Source of the DNA: the human T2T-CHM13v2.0 reference genome, Homo sapiens
Reading direction: 5' to 3' (one strand)
DNA length: 64,000 nt
Assembly (NCBI RefSeq): GCF_009914755.1
Contig: NC_060936.1
Part shown: piece by piece, positions 1 through 17,878 of the stretch
Layout: each line of letters begins with the position of its first letter
How positions within the stretch are numbered: position 1 is the first letter of the stretch
Translations under genes and position numbers: made by a program
The notes under the pieces: generated by a model
The model's input: only the letters and a program-made list of their open reading frames with translations
Databases searched by the model: none
Told to the model about the DNA's origin: nothing

Positions 1-55
1 CCACCTCGGCCTCCCAAAGTGCTGGGATTACAGGCGTCAGCCATCGCGCCCGGCC
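1..55 (-). mobile_element. Alu, 5' end (cut by window edge)
   Basis: cctcccaaagtgctgggattacaggcgt...cccggcc is the reverse complement of the Alu 5' end. Confidence 0.95.
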
Positions 56-2392
56 TGTAGTGTGCCTTTTCATCCTGTTAGTAGGGTCTTTTACAAAGCA
101 AAACTTTTTAATTTTGATGAAGTCCTATTTATCAATTTTTTCTTTTATGGATTGTGTCTATGGATGTCTAATTGCTCTAGCACCACTTGATGAAAGAGCT
201 GTCTCTCCTCCATTGAATTGCTTTTTCTTTTGAAGCTTAGTATGTTGCTTGAAACTATGCTTGTTAATACTGTATACTGAAAACGTACAAAGAATAATGT
301 TCCAATTTAAGTTAGATTTAAGTTAATGATGTTCATTAATAAGGACTCTTCAGATATAAATATTCCAGAATTTCTCTTAGCTTTCTAATCAAAACAACCA
401 TCAGTGAATATTACCTTACTTTGGAAGGTATAGATATACATTTGAATTAAATTTAGTTTTTCCAAATAACCCCTAATTTGAGAAATATATTCTATCTTGA
501 AACTAAAATAATTTAATACAACTTTATTTTCTTCCCTCCCCTCCCCTCTCCTGTCCACATTTTGTAAAATCTGGTCCTGAATAAGTCACAATATAAAAAT
601 AAATGTACACTTAACTTCCACTTCCTCCAACCACAGGCTACTTTCTGTTCCTCAACCTTGGGAACAAGGTGAAAAACAGTAAGCAATTTGGGCAGGGCAT
701 TGCCAAAACAAGATTCAAGCAGCCACATGTGGACACCTCTTAAAAGAATTTGGGGAAACGAGACCAAAGAAGTCAGGTTTGATTTTTAGTGACAATAACA
801 AACATGAAGTGACTCTTCCCAAGTAAGAGTGCCACTGGGATGTGGCCTGGCCACATGCTTACCTATGCTATACTTCCCAGGAAACCCTGATGCTCTGCTC
901 CAGGAGAGACCTTTATCCTTTGGAGGTTCAGTGTCTTGGGAGCTCTTTGATTTTGTCAAAGAGATGAGCAGAGATTCCCTGTGGGTATTTTAAGGCTTGG
1001 TGTCAAGGTATTTTTCTGACACTGCTGAGCAAAGTCCATGTATCAAATGATCTGTTTCTAGTTTGTTTAAATTCTTCACATCACTTGTAGACCTAACATG
1101 GCAAAGCTTCATTATTTAATCATAATAACACCTACTACCCATACTAACTTATGATTTATTTTCTGTGCCTGGAAATAGTCTCTGTGTTTAACAATAATAC
1201 CTGGATGCAAAACAATCCACTGTTATATGGCCACAAAATATTAATGATCTTCTGAAGGCCAAGAAAACATTTTAACTATAGTTCTTGCACAGAAATTCAC
1301 ACCCAGAATCCCCAAAATTAAAAAAAATTTGGACAACACAAATAATAGTTTAAGATACACATACATACAACACAGATACTCTTACACATAACATCTTTTA
1401 CGGAAATGTGTTTAGTGAAACTGTTCATTTGTTGACAGCCACAGAAGTCATATTTTGCTAAATAGCTGCTCCAGCTGTTTTTTTCTTTGGAAAATGTATC
1501 ACTATAGGATACCCTGTTTATTGCATAAGATAAAAGAAAAATATGTTGTGATAACCAAAAAGTTTTAAGGGCTTTCAAGTTATGTAAAAATGGACCTATG
1601 GACATGGTTAATTGTCCTCAGGATGCAAAATTGGAGCTGAAATAGTATATCAAACAATTGCAAAAAGTGTACTGCAGCTATCTCTTGGGTCAAATCTGGT
1701 ACCCAGAAATGGAGAAAAGCCTCAAGAAACATTGCTGGTTGGCCCTCTGCCACTTGACTGTATGATCTGATCACATGTAAGTTTCACAAACGATTCATAT
1801 TTCTCTGCTAGTTTGACGTTGAGAATTTGCTCATAAACCTCCCTAATTTTATCTTCTTGGTCCTTTGAGAAACACATAGTATCCCAACTTGTCAGAGAGG
1901 AAATTTGAGCTGGTCCTTCTTTATCCAGGAGAGACCTGAAAAATTAGGTGGTGTGAGTACTGCAGAGTGAGGCTGATTTTCCAAAGCACTAACTTTGTTC
2001 TGATTAAGAACAATTTACAATGGTCTCCACTGCTGGTAATGATTATCTTCTTTTACGTTCTGAAAAATCTGCTCTGGCTGGGAAGGTGCTGCTCACTGCC
2101 AGGTGGGATGGGCTTCAACAGAGAAGGTAGGGTGTATATCTGAAGCAGAGGTGGCAGGATTACGAAGACTAGGGCAAGGCAGAAGGCACAGTGCCATACC
2201 TTTGGAAAACCATGGCTTAGCAGTGCCACCTCCATCTCCATGGTTCACTCCAGGGTCACCCACCGGTCATGCCATGCTGTTGAGGGGCAGAGACCTGGAG
2301 CAGACACTGATATGACTGCCTGCACAGCCACTGGCTTCTCGGTGGTATTCAAACGCCAAGCCATTTTCCCATACTCTTTGAGTTTGAGGAAC

Positions 2393-3150
2393 TTTTTGGA
2401 GATTGCTTGAGATTCTCTGCGTAGAAAATCATGCCATTTGTAAAAAGGGTCAGTTTTGCTTCTTCCTTTCTCATCTGTATGCCTTTTGTTTTTTCTGTCT
2501 TACTGCACTGACTAGAAATTTAGCTCTATGTTGAATAAGAGCAATGAAAGAGGACACCCTTGCCTTGTTCCTGATCTTGAGAGAAAGCATTCAATTCTTT
2601 TACCATTGTTTGTGATGTTAGCTGTAGGTTCCTCTTTATCGAGTTGAGGAAATTACCCTTTACTTGTATTTTTCTGAGAATTTTTATCTTAAATGGGGGT
2701 TAAATTTTGTCAAATGCTTTTTTTTGCATTGATTGATAGTATTCTTGCAATTTTTCATCTTTGCTTGTTAATAAGGTGGATTATGTTGATTGATCTTCTA
2801 ATATTGAACCAGCCTTGGGATTCTTACACTGCTTGGCCATGATATGCATATTCCTACCCCACTTGGCATTGATGTATGTGTATATATAACTGATTTCTAT
2901 TTGATGATATTTTGTTAAGGATTTTTGCATCTATATTTATGAAAAATACTGGTCAGTAGTTTGCTTTTTTGCACTGCCTTTATCTAGTTACTGTATAAGA
3001 GTAATACTAGCTGTGTGAAATGAATCTCTTCTAATTTCTAAAACAGATTGTGTGGAAATGGTATTCATTTATCTTTAAACAATTGGGAGAGTTCTCCAGT
3101 GAAACTATCTGAACTTAGAGATGTCTTTTTGGAGAATTTTAAAATTACAT
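2393..3150 (-). mobile_element. Ancient L1M ORF2 fragment, antisense
   Basis: Degenerate match to L1 RT region (ttgaataagagcaatgaaagaggacacccttgccttgttcctgatctt). Confidence 0.85.
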
Positions 3151-3209
3151 TTTTATGCTCTCAGGATGCAAAGTTTGAGCTGAAATATACTATCAAACAA
3201 GTTAGAAAA

Positions 3210-3835
3210 AGCAACACTTCTCGATAATTCATAGATTGCAAAGGAAATCTTAAGATAATTTTTAAAATACATCAAACTGAATATGCTAAAATATATTGAA
3301 TTGAAATGAAAATTCAACATATCAAAATTTGTGAGACTCAGTGAAAAGAAAGAAATTTGTAGCACTAAGTGAATATATTTAAAAAGAGAAAATAGACCAA
3401 TAATCTAAATTCCCTCCACAAAAGAAAGCCTAGAGATAGAAAAGGCAGAGAATCCAAACCATGCAGAAGGCAGGGAATAATAAAATGCAGAAATCAATGA
3501 AATTGAAAACAGAAAAACAGTAGGAAAAATCAATGAAATGAAAAGCTTGTTCTTTGAAAAAATAAATAAAATTGACAAATCTCTAGCAAGCCTGACAAAG
3601 AAAAAAAGAGAAAATTCAAGAATGAAACAAGTGCAGACACTGCAGACATAAAAAAAAAATAAGAGAATACTACAAACAGCTCTCACAGTTAAATTTTATA
3701 TATGAGATGAAATGTACTGATTCTTCAGGAAACACACCTACTACACTATACTCCCTAATATGAAATAGGTAATTTGAATATTTTGAACAGTTGAATAAAA
3801 TTAATACTATAAGTATTAAAGACATTAAGTGTATA
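3210..3835 (+). mobile_element. Ancient L1M ORF2 fragment, inverted relative to its neighbour
   Basis: gaaatcaatgaaattgaaaac...ttctttgaaaaaataaataaaattgacaaatctctagc matches ORF2 EINEIE...[13 protein letters not shown] region. Confidence 0.85.
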
Positions 3836-3836
3836 A

Positions 3837-4257
3837 TGGTTTCTTTGTTTGGGCTGCTATAATACCAGAAACTGGATGACCGATAAACAACAAAACTTTA
3901 TTTCTTACAGTCTGGAAGCTGGAAAGTCCAACATCAGGGCACCAGCAGATTCAGTGCTTGGTGAGGGCCCATTTTCGTGTTCATAGATGGTTCCTTCTTG
4001 TTGTGTCCTCATATGGTGAAAGGGATGAGGCAGCACTCTGCAGCCTAATCCCACTCGTGATTACTGCCCTAATCCCACTCGTGAGGGCAGAGCCCTCATG
4101 AGCTAATCCCACTCATAAGGGCCCTAATCCCACTCGTGAGGGCAGAGCCCTCATGAGCTAATCACCTCCCAAAGGCCTTATATCCTAATGTCATCACACT
4201 GCTGTTTAGGTTTCAACATATGAATTTTGGGGTGATGCAAATATTCAGACCAAAGCA
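3837..4257 (-). mobile_element. MaLR solo LTR, MLT1A-like, with internal duplication
   Basis: gtttgggctgctataa...ggaaagtccaacatcagg...tttcaacatatgaattttgggg...attcagaccaaagca. Confidence 0.85.
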
Positions 4258-4791
4258 GTTTTCTTTTATACCACTCTAGTAGAGAAAGGGAGGAGTACGT
4301 CTGTTATTGCCAGGTAGGGGTAGAAATCCGGGTTTCCAACTTGGGCTTTGTTATACCCAAGGAGAGGATTTCTCCTTGCTCCTGGGTTAGCTTGGGATTT
4401 TTGGCTCCCTACTAAGTCTCCACTGGGATCACCCTGGTTGGGAGGAGTAGTGATACCTTTTCACTGATGTCCACATGTTTTCCATTGACATTATGGTGGA
4501 AGGGTCTTATTACTACTGGAGAGGGTGAAAATCTTGGCTCCCTATTTTGCCGTCTCTGACATCACTGTATGATGGTTCGGTGCCTTATTACTGCTAAGAG
4601 AGAGAAGAAGACTAGGCTCTGTATTCAACATTTGTCAGTATGGGAAAGAATGAGATCATAGTTTCTTTCTGTGCTTTTTTTTTTGAGTAGACTAGCAGTT
4701 ATTGTCTGAAAATTTTCTGTCTTGCTAGACTGCACTGTTTTTTTTGTGTGCGTGTGCTTTTTAAATTTTTAGCTAGAGAGAGCAGATTTTT

Positions 4792-4924
4792 TTTCTTTTA
4801 TTTATTTATTTTTATTAATATACTTTAAGTTTTAGGGTACACGTGCACATTGTGCAGGTTAGTTACATATGTATACATGTGCCATGCTGGTGCGCTGCAC
4901 CCACTATCTCGTCATCTAGCATTA
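4792..4924 (-). mobile_element. Very short young L1 3' end (L1PA2/3-like)
   Basis: Poly-T plus L1 3'UTR; 13-bp TSD AGAGCAGATTTTT at 4779-4791 and 4925-4937; GAG-type, not the ACA Ta diagnostic. Confidence 0.92.
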
Positions 4925-6819
4925 AGAGCAGATTTTTATGGGGGCTTTTTTTGGTCAGTTGGTTGGTATTTCCAGATTGCTGGCTTCTAGGATATATGAG
5001 ACAAAAAGAAAACCCAAGGAATTCACCACTATGTTATTACTTGAGTGCTGCACTCTCTAGCTGGTCTACCTTCCTAACTCCACCTTTCAGCCTCCTTTCA
5101 TTTATTGTGAATTTAATGATTTTTAAGTACATAGTGGGAGGAGTGGAAAGAATACATCTACTTCATCTTCCTTGAAGCAGAAGTTCATCCATGGGTATAT
5201 TTTGAATATCAAGCAGGATACTTTTTATCCATCTATTCAAGATCAAGTTATTAAACACATATTAAGTGCTGTGGTAGAAAGTATTGGGATGACTGTAATG
5301 AAATGAATATATTTCTTGTGCTATTAAAGTTTAGAATTATATAATTTTAGATCTTCATTGAATCTCATAGATAACTTCATTTAGTCATTTCATTTTGCAG
5401 ACATAGGAAATGAAGCACACAACTGAAGTGTTTGTTGAGTTTTCTACAATTAATTATTTGCAAAACTATTACTAGTCCAGAATTCTTTCTACTATATTGT
5501 CTCCCCTACCTTAGAAATTCAATACATCATTGTGTTCATTGGAATTACAGGAGTTTTCTTCCATTATTTCACAATGTCTAAGTACAGACATTATGAAGTA
5601 GGGAAATTTACTTTCATTATAAAACTTTCTTCATTAACATGTATAGATACATTTATAATGTGAGTATATACATACTTTTGTCCAAAGTGGATTTAAAATT
5701 CAAAAAAAACTAAATTTCTATGATCAAATCCATGCTTAGTCTATAAAACTAAAAATATTGTGAGTTAACGTAATAAGATCTGTAAAATACTGAGGCCATT
5801 ATGGGAAATGTTTAAAGTTCCTACATTCATATCACATTTTTTATCTTGGATCAGTTCCAAAAGTGTAATGTTTGCTATTTTGAAATTATCTTAGGTATCA
5901 AATTCCAACTTATAAATTTAAAAGTTCTTTAAATGTAATTCCTTTTATAAAAAGTGAATTTGGGTTACTCTGCATAATTCTCCTTGACCCCACTGATGCT
6001 TTAATATCTCTCATTAAGTGGACTCCAGGCAGCCACTCTTTGCTTTATCCAAGCTCCAGCTAAGGCCAGCTGTTCTTTGAGCAGTGTTTTTATTAACTTA
6101 TTTAGGAACTGGTGCATATCTTATTACCCTATTTTCCATTCCTGTCCTATGCAGCTGTAGTTGATACTTTTCATAACAGCCTTTACATATCAACCTCCTC
6201 CCCTATTTTTTTTCTTATTCTCTTTTACTTCCCTTTTTAAGTAAATTAAGCATGTGTGTGCATGCAAAAGCCCTCTTCTTTCTTTCTGGTAACCATATGA
6301 CGTGAAAGCTTCAGGAATGTGCCTGTTGTTTGTCTGAGATTATAAACGTCATGGAAAAACTTTTACTAATGATGTAAACATTCAGAAATGTAGAATACAT
6401 GAATTTTAATAATAGCAAAATTTCTTCAATGTTGCATTTAAGAAATTAATTTAGACCTAATTTAAAATCAATGCAATGTAAATACAAAGAAAAGGATTTG
6501 AACAGATAGAAGACTGTACAAAATACTACTAACCTCAGCTTACTGAATTTCAAATATTACAAGTTTCATGGCATATGAAAATACAAGTTTGAGGAGGGAG
6601 CTATTTTATAAATGTAAGACACGCATAAGTTGCAGCCACTATGAGATTAAACACATTCAAAATTCAAATAAGGTAAAAGTAGCATTTTTTAGTATATTAA
6701 TAAGTTATCATTGCAATTTGAATTTTCACTACCTACTCACTACAACCTTGAATAAATCACCCATTGCTTCTATGTCTAGATACCTTTTTATGCAGAATTA
6801 CTATTTTAAAAGCAACTTA

Positions 6820-7252
<433 letters not shown>

Positions 7253-7254
7253 TC

Positions 7255-7551
<297 letters not shown>

Positions 7552-8745
7552 TACTTTAATATTTTTTAAAAATCAAGATCACATTTTGTAATTTTTAAAC
7601 ACACTACATTAATGATATTTGTTGTGCATGAGAGGTCTAGCATTTTTAAACTTTGGACTTGAAATTTAAAGCAAAATTTGTATTTAGGTTGTTATCAAAG
7701 AAATGGTTAACTGTGTAAAACATGTTAAAAGTTGTGTGTGCACCTTAAAAGCTAAATAGGATGCCATACTCAGAAGCACTATTAGGAACTTTGACTGCAG
7801 ATTAAACAGGTACCAAACAATAGTTGAAAGTAGTTGGTGACATACTTGGGCTAATCATTGCTAAGGCTTCCTTTCTAATATGGATGTATGAGAAATATAG
7901 TAAAGCCCATGATTGTTTTTCTATTAAAAATCTACATTTACAAAATATTATCTAGAAAGTATGAGTGTCTAGTACTTTTAATTTCTATATACATGCATAA
8001 CCTGTGACTTGTTTTGAGTATTATTTGTACATTTTTATGGGAAAGCTTTTTTCATGCTTTTAATATTTTCTACTTATGGGAAATGTATATGCAGTGACAT
8101 GTACAGAACTTGTGTACAATTCAATGAGTTTTGACAAGGGCATACACCCATGGAACCACCATTCATCCACCATATAGAGCATTTCCATCCCCCATAGAAA
8201 GTTCCCTTTTACACCCATTCTTGAAGGCAACTGCTGCCCTGATTTCAATCAACATAGATTAGTTTCACTTGTTCTTAAGCTGTCTGTGTTCTCTTATGCT
8301 AGGTGGCCTGTTTCAACATAACTGTTGCTACAGTTTTTTTAATTTGTTCTGTTAGTGTTGAGTCATTTTCCATCACATGAATATACTATTATTAGTGTGT
8401 CTGTTTTCTTTTGATGGACATATGGATTGTTTCTATTAGGAATGAAACTGCTCTAGATGTTTTTGTACAAATCTTTTTTCTGTAATTACAGGGTCATAGA
8501 GTAGGTATATATTTAATTGTTCAAGAAACTGATGGTTTTCTAAAGTAGTTGCACTGTATGAAATACATACCCAACAGCACCGAATGAGAGTTCTAATTAC
8601 ATTTCATTCTCAGCAGAATTTGGTGTTATAATATTAGCCCTGCGAGGTGACATAAAAAGTATATATTTTATTGTAACTTTAATTCACATTTTTCTGATGA
8701 TTCATTATGTTGGATACTTTCATATGATTATTGGCCATTCATATA

Positions 8746-9730
8746 CAGGCAGTCTTTGCTTTACATAGTAGTATAGGACTAAAAAATGATTATAGAAACT
8801 GAATTTGTGCAAAGTAATCCTAATAATCAATGTAGAAAATTATGATTGTTCTGTGACCTTCAAAAATTTTGTTACAATATTCAAAACTTCAAGTGTCAAT
8901 TATAAATGTATGTGAAAACAAAAAATTATTTAGTATACTAATTTAAAACATTAGAAACATAGAGATTTTTTTGTATAAAAACTTATCAAGAATTTTTTTT
9001 CTCATTGTTCAGCTTATGTTACAGAGAGGGCCTCTTTTCTATGTTTCAGTTAATTGTTATACACTTTCAAAGTTTAGATCAGTTTTCAATATTTTATCCT
9101 TTGCACTTTCAATATTGTCAAATATCAGCAAGAGTTCTCTTGGTGTGAAATTTTTGTTTTGCTGTTTTTTACTTCCTTCAAGACATCATCCTTCATTGAA
9201 TTCATCAGAACCACTTGCTTTAATTTCTGTCCATATTTGTCTTCAGTAAGTTGTCTTGGCTGCATATGTAAAGTTTCTTGAACAGCAGTGTTAACATTCC
9301 CATGGTCAGCTCTTTGTTCTGAAACTCCGTTTATGTTATATTCAAATTTCATTTCCAGCACTCTCACTTTTGTTGCTCTGCTACCATCTTTGTTAGCCAA
9401 TATGTGTCACACGAGTTCATTGCTGTGAGACAAGGAGGCAACATAACTACACAATTTTCTCCCTGTGCATAAACTGAAGAACAAATGCACAATGACCAAT
9501 CAATGACAGATTTTGAACAAAGTGATGTCACTGATTATAATGTGCATCTGTTATTTATGTAATGATTTTATGGATGAAAGAGCTAGAAGCAAAGTTTTCA
9601 TATTATAAAATTTTTCATACCCAATATATGATAGTAACAAATTCAAACTCTGTTTTGAGAAGACAGGTGTTACTTAACTAAACCATAGTAACAAAAATTC
9701 AAGCACATTGGAATGTGCAAAGGACTGACT
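8746..9730 (-). mobile_element. TcMar-Tigger non-autonomous element
   Basis: TA-flanked, degenerate TIR caggcagtctttgcttt / gcaaaggactgact; splits the host L1; ORF 9125..9400 resembles transposase remnants. Confidence 0.7.
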
Positions 9731-9878
9731 TATCTCCTTTAGGGAAGTTTCTGTTCAAGTCATTACTGCATTTTTCTCCTGAATTGTCTGTCTTTTTAGT
9801 ACTGAGTTATAGGAGTTCTTTATACATTTTGGATACAATTCTTTTTTTTTTTTTTTTTTTTACTTTTTAAAAAATTTG

Positions 9879-10294
9879 TGTTCTCATTGTTCAATTCCCA
9901 CCTATGAGTGAGAATATGCGGTGTTTGGTTTTTTGTTCTTGCGATAGTTTACTGAGAATGATGATTTCCAATTTCATCCATGTCCCTACAAAGGACGTGA
10001 ACTCATCATTTTTTATGGCTGCATAGTATTCCATGGTGTATATGTGCCCATTTTCTTAATCCAGTCTATCATTGTTGGACATTTGGGTTGGGGACTGTTG
10101 TGGGGTGGGGGGAGGGGGGAGGGATAGCATTGGGAGATATACCTAATGCTAGATGACGAGTTAGTGGGTGCAGCACACCAGCATGGCACATGTATACATA
10201 TGTAACTAACCTGCACATTGTGCACATGTACCCTAAAACTTACAGTATAATAATAATAAATTAAAAACAAAACAAAACAAAAAGAACAAAACAA
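9879..10294 (+). mobile_element. Young L1PA2/3 with 5' inversion (twin priming)
   Basis: Antisense 9879-10091, sense 10089-10294 plus A-rich tail; TSD AAAAAATTTG 9869-9878 and 10295-10304; TT/AAAA endonuclease site. Confidence 0.92.
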
Positions 10295-10304
10295 AAAAAA
10301 TTTG

Positions 10305-12149
<1,845 letters not shown>

Positions 12150-13919
12150 TACAATTCTTTATTAGAGATATGTATAACAAATATTATGTTCCAGTCAATA
12201 GCTTGACTTTCTGTTTTCTTAATGGCACCTGTGCATAATCAGACGAGTTTAATTTTGATGAAATCTAAATTAGCAACTTTTAATCTCATGTCAGTACATT
12301 TTGTGTCCTAATTAAATATTGTGAAAATAATATCCTGGGTTTTATTCTAGAAATGTTATAGTTTTAACTTATACATTTATATTTTTGATTCATCTTGAAT
12401 TTTGGGTGTGTAGTATGAGAAGTGATTCAAAGTTTTTTTTTGTACATTTATCAAAACATTTAATAACTATTTTAAAGATACTTTTATTTATAATAAATAA
12501 ACATAGGTCATAATAAATTGATATAGGTCAATCACTTGACCCTATGTGCTTGAATTTATTTCTGGAATATATTTTATTCCATTGATTTATTTATCTGTTA
12601 TTGTAATAAAACCACACTGTGTTGATAACTGTAGCTTTATTATAAGTCTTGAAATCAGTTTGTGTAAGTTCTACAAATGTGTTCTTTTTTCAAAATTCTT
12701 CTGGCTATTTTTGGTCTTTGCATGTCCATATAAACTTTTAAATTATAATGATCTTATTAATTTTTACAAAAATGCCCATGGCATTTTCATTGGGATTGCA
12801 TCAGATCTATATACATGCATGTATACATCTATACATGGGGAGAATTGACATCTCAGCAATGAGTTACTAATGAATATGTTATTATTTCTCCATTTTTAAA
12901 ATTATTTATTTCAGTAATGTTTTGTGGTTTTAAGTAAATGGATTTTGCATATCTTTTGTTAAAATTATTTGCATGTATTTAATTTTTTAATGTTATTCTA
13001 AATAGAATTGATTTTAGTCATTAGTTTGATGCAAAATACAGAAACACAATCAATTTTTATATTGACATTGTATCCTATGACATTGTTAAATTTACTTCTT
13101 AGTTCTGGAATGTTAAAAAAATTTAAATAATATTCTATATTAAAATTATTGTGTCTTCTAAAATTAAAAGTATTTTTCTCTCTTTCTTTCTTTCTTAACT
13201 CCATGACTTTATTGTTTGTTTGTTTTGCCTTATAGCACTGGCTTGACTCTCCAGTACAGTGTTAAACAGAGGTGATAAAAGCCAATATCCTTGTGTTGTT
13301 CCCAATTTCAGGGAGAAGGATTAGTTTTTCATCATTTTATATGATATTGGCTGTAGACTTTCTGTAGATACCCCTTATTAAATTGAAGAAGATTCTTTCA
13401 TTTATAGTTTGCTATGAGTATTTATTGTGAATGGATGTTAAATTTTGCCACTTGATTCTGAATTTAAGGCAATAATTTGCTTTTTCTCTTTTATTCTCTT
13501 GCTGTGATAAGTTACATGGTTTATTTTTGAATGTTAAATTATATTTACATTCCTGGGATAAAACACACTTGATCAGATGTGTTATTCTACTATATATTGC
13601 TGGATTTGATTTAGTAACATTTTGCTTAAGATTGTTGTATTTTTGTTCAGGATAGGTATTGGTCTATAATTTTCTTTTATTATAACATTTTTTCTCAGAT
13701 ATTTACATCAAAGTTATACTACCCTAATATCAGTAGTTGGGGAATGTTCTTTCCTCCTTTATTTTCACAGTTATTATTTCATCCTAAACTATTTGATAGA
13801 ATTCACTAGTGAAACCATCTGAACCTGGAGTTTTCTATTGTGGCAGATTTTGTATTACTTTGACTTCTTTAATAAATATAGAACTACTCATACTTTCTTT
13901 TTAAAAAATTTTACTTTAG

Positions 13920-14308
<389 letters not shown>

Positions 14309-15921
14309 AGAATTTCTATATCATTTTATATGTTATGTTTCCAAGAAACTTGACCATTTTATTTAAAATGTTGAAAATATTGGCTCAAGGTTTTTTGTAA
14401 TCTGCAGTGATATTCCTGATTTTATTCATGATGTGAATTGTGTTTACTTTCTTTTTATACATCTTAATAAGTGTTTATGAAATTTATAAATTTTTCCAAA
14501 TAACCAACTTTTATATTAATTAATGTTCTCTATTGTTTTTGTGCTTTCCATTACATCGATTTCTGATCATTATGATTTTCTTGCTTCTAAATATTTTGCC
14601 ATAAGGTTCTATGTATTAGTTCCATGTGGTTAATAGTGTTTTGCAAAATGTCTGTATCATTATCACTTTTCCGCCTAATCGTTCTAACAGTTATTGAGAA
14701 GGAAATGATAAAATATTTAACTACGATTGTGGGTTTTTTTCTTTCAGTTCTGTCCAGGTTTGCTTCATGTAGTTTCAGTTAAAAAAAAAGTTTTTACCAA
14801 AAACATGCGTATTGTGATTGTTATATTTTCCTAATTAACTGATCCTTTGATCATTATAAACTATCCCTTTTATCTTTGGGGACACTTCTTGTATTAAGGC
14901 TTTTTTGTCTGTTATTAATATAACACATGTTCTTTTATTCGTGGTTTGCATCATATATCTTTTTCTATTCTTACTTGTGAATTATTTGTATTGTATTTAA
15001 ACTGTGGCTGGTGGACAACAAAGTACGTCTCTTGTGAACAACCTATAATCAGGTCTTTAATCTTGTCTGACAACCTCTGACTTTTAAATGGAGTATTTAC
15101 TTCATTTAGATTTAAACTTAGTATTAATTTACTTGACTTTGGATGTACTATTTTTTCTTTGTTTTCTATATGTCCTATCTCATTTTTAGTTCCTCTGTTC
15201 TTGCTTTCTTTCTTGCCTTCTACTGGGTTAACTATATATTTTTAGCATTATATTTTAATTCTTCTATTTGACTTTTAGCTATGTTTCTTTGTATTATTAT
15301 TTTTCGTGGCTTCTCAAGGGACTGCAATATGAATACTTGACTTATATCTACTTAATTTATGTAACTGGAAATAAAATACATGAATTTTGCAGAAGTATTC
15401 CCATGTACTTCCCTGTAGTTTCTGCTGTTATTGTTATATTTTTTGTACTTACTTTTATAGATGTCAGGTTGTTATACGTGTCAGCTATATATATTAATAT
15501 ACGTGTGTATGTGTGCATGCACACTCGGTTTTTCAGCTGTCTTTCTACTGAGCTCCTTGGATTCTCCGTCATGTACATATAATTAAAATATTAGGCAAGG
15601 ATTTAAGGGGAGTTTAGTCCCAAACTTTGGATCTAACTCCTCTGTTTCCAACTACTTTAGCAGCCTCATACTTTATTCTCTGACACCTCAAGCCAATAGC
15701 TGCGTTTTTTTTCCTTTTCCAAGTTCATACATGTTATCTGCAGAATAGTTTGATATAAGTTATCACCAGATCAGAGTTCCTCAAGTTGGAATATTTTGTT
15801 TTAAATTCTTAGCTGCTTTTGCAAAATTTTTGCCCAAAATATGAATCTGAGCTCCTTTCAAGGTTTTTATTAAAATATCTAGTCACACTGAACACTTTAG
15901 TGTATAATAGCCTTAATGTCA

Positions 15922-16594
<673 letters not shown>

Positions 16595-16854
16595 AAAATC
16601 TTTTGGCAATCAGAGAGTTTTCTGTTGGTTGCTTTATACCACTGAGGCCCATGTCCCCAACCTCACACCATCCTTTGAGCCTTTGTTCTCATTGTTTCTC
16701 CTTCCATCTCTTCCTTCTCTCTCGCTTTCTCATATGGGCTCCTGAACAATCCCAATTCTTTCTTTATTCTTTCTTATGGATATTTTCCCAAAGCTTACAG
16801 TCAGAACTCCTTGTGTATATTTTAATCAATAAAGTTTTTCTTTACAGCCACAGG

Positions 16855-17152
<298 letters not shown>

Positions 17153-17878
17153 AGCCAGTTTTTAGAAGAAAAAAAAAAAGATATTTTAAATAACATTCAA
17201 TTATATTCAACATTTGGTGGAACTTGTATTTTTGAAATCTGTCCATCCATCCATTCATCTATCCGTCTGTTGATTTGTTCACTGATTCACATTTTTGCTA
17301 AGCAAGTACTTATTAAATATCAATGTGTGCCAGGCATTATATGCTTATCTGTTTCTTCTGACCTTTTTTTTTTTCCTATTCTACTTCACTGTACATTAAC
17401 TATTGATATAGACTCAATTCTTCATCTCTGGTGTTTTGATAATATGAGTACTCCTTTCAAATGTTCATTTACTCTCATGATTTCAATTACTTATAGATAC
17501 AGGAATTCTCCCAAATTCCTTTACGTGACCCATTATGCTAACACAAACCTCTCCTGTGATAACTCTGTTTATCCTGCTAACAAGATATGAAGCTAACATT
17601 TTATTTCCTCATACTCATTCTTGGGTAAATCTCCACAAGCCAGTATGTCTTTCTAATTTCTTCGTCACTCTCAATGGTTCAATTTAGTCTCCAGGTGTTA
17701 TAGGAGTGGTCTCAATAGATAATTAAGTTGGCTTTCTAATTAGTCTTCTAAGAACTGTTTCAGATAAACTATGTAAAATCAAAGTTGTCATTTTTGATAA
17801 ATATTCTCATGAGATGACTTACTGCATGCAGCTGTCAAAACTAATGAATTTATAAATCAAGCCAGCTCATTTTGCCTT

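Noticed and set aside
2080-2350. Slightly GC-richer patch with two short overlapping ORFs
   Set aside because: Not a CpG island; resembles the old repeat-like sequence at about 4260-4700; no splice or promoter support
4043-4165. Repeat-spacer pattern resembling a CRISPR array (also 36591-36692)
   Set aside because: Eukaryotic context, no unique spacers, no cas genes; explained by local duplication
9125-9400. 91-aa ORF with protein-like composition
   Set aside because: Inside a Tigger-type deletion derivative; no catalytic domain and no sign of domestication
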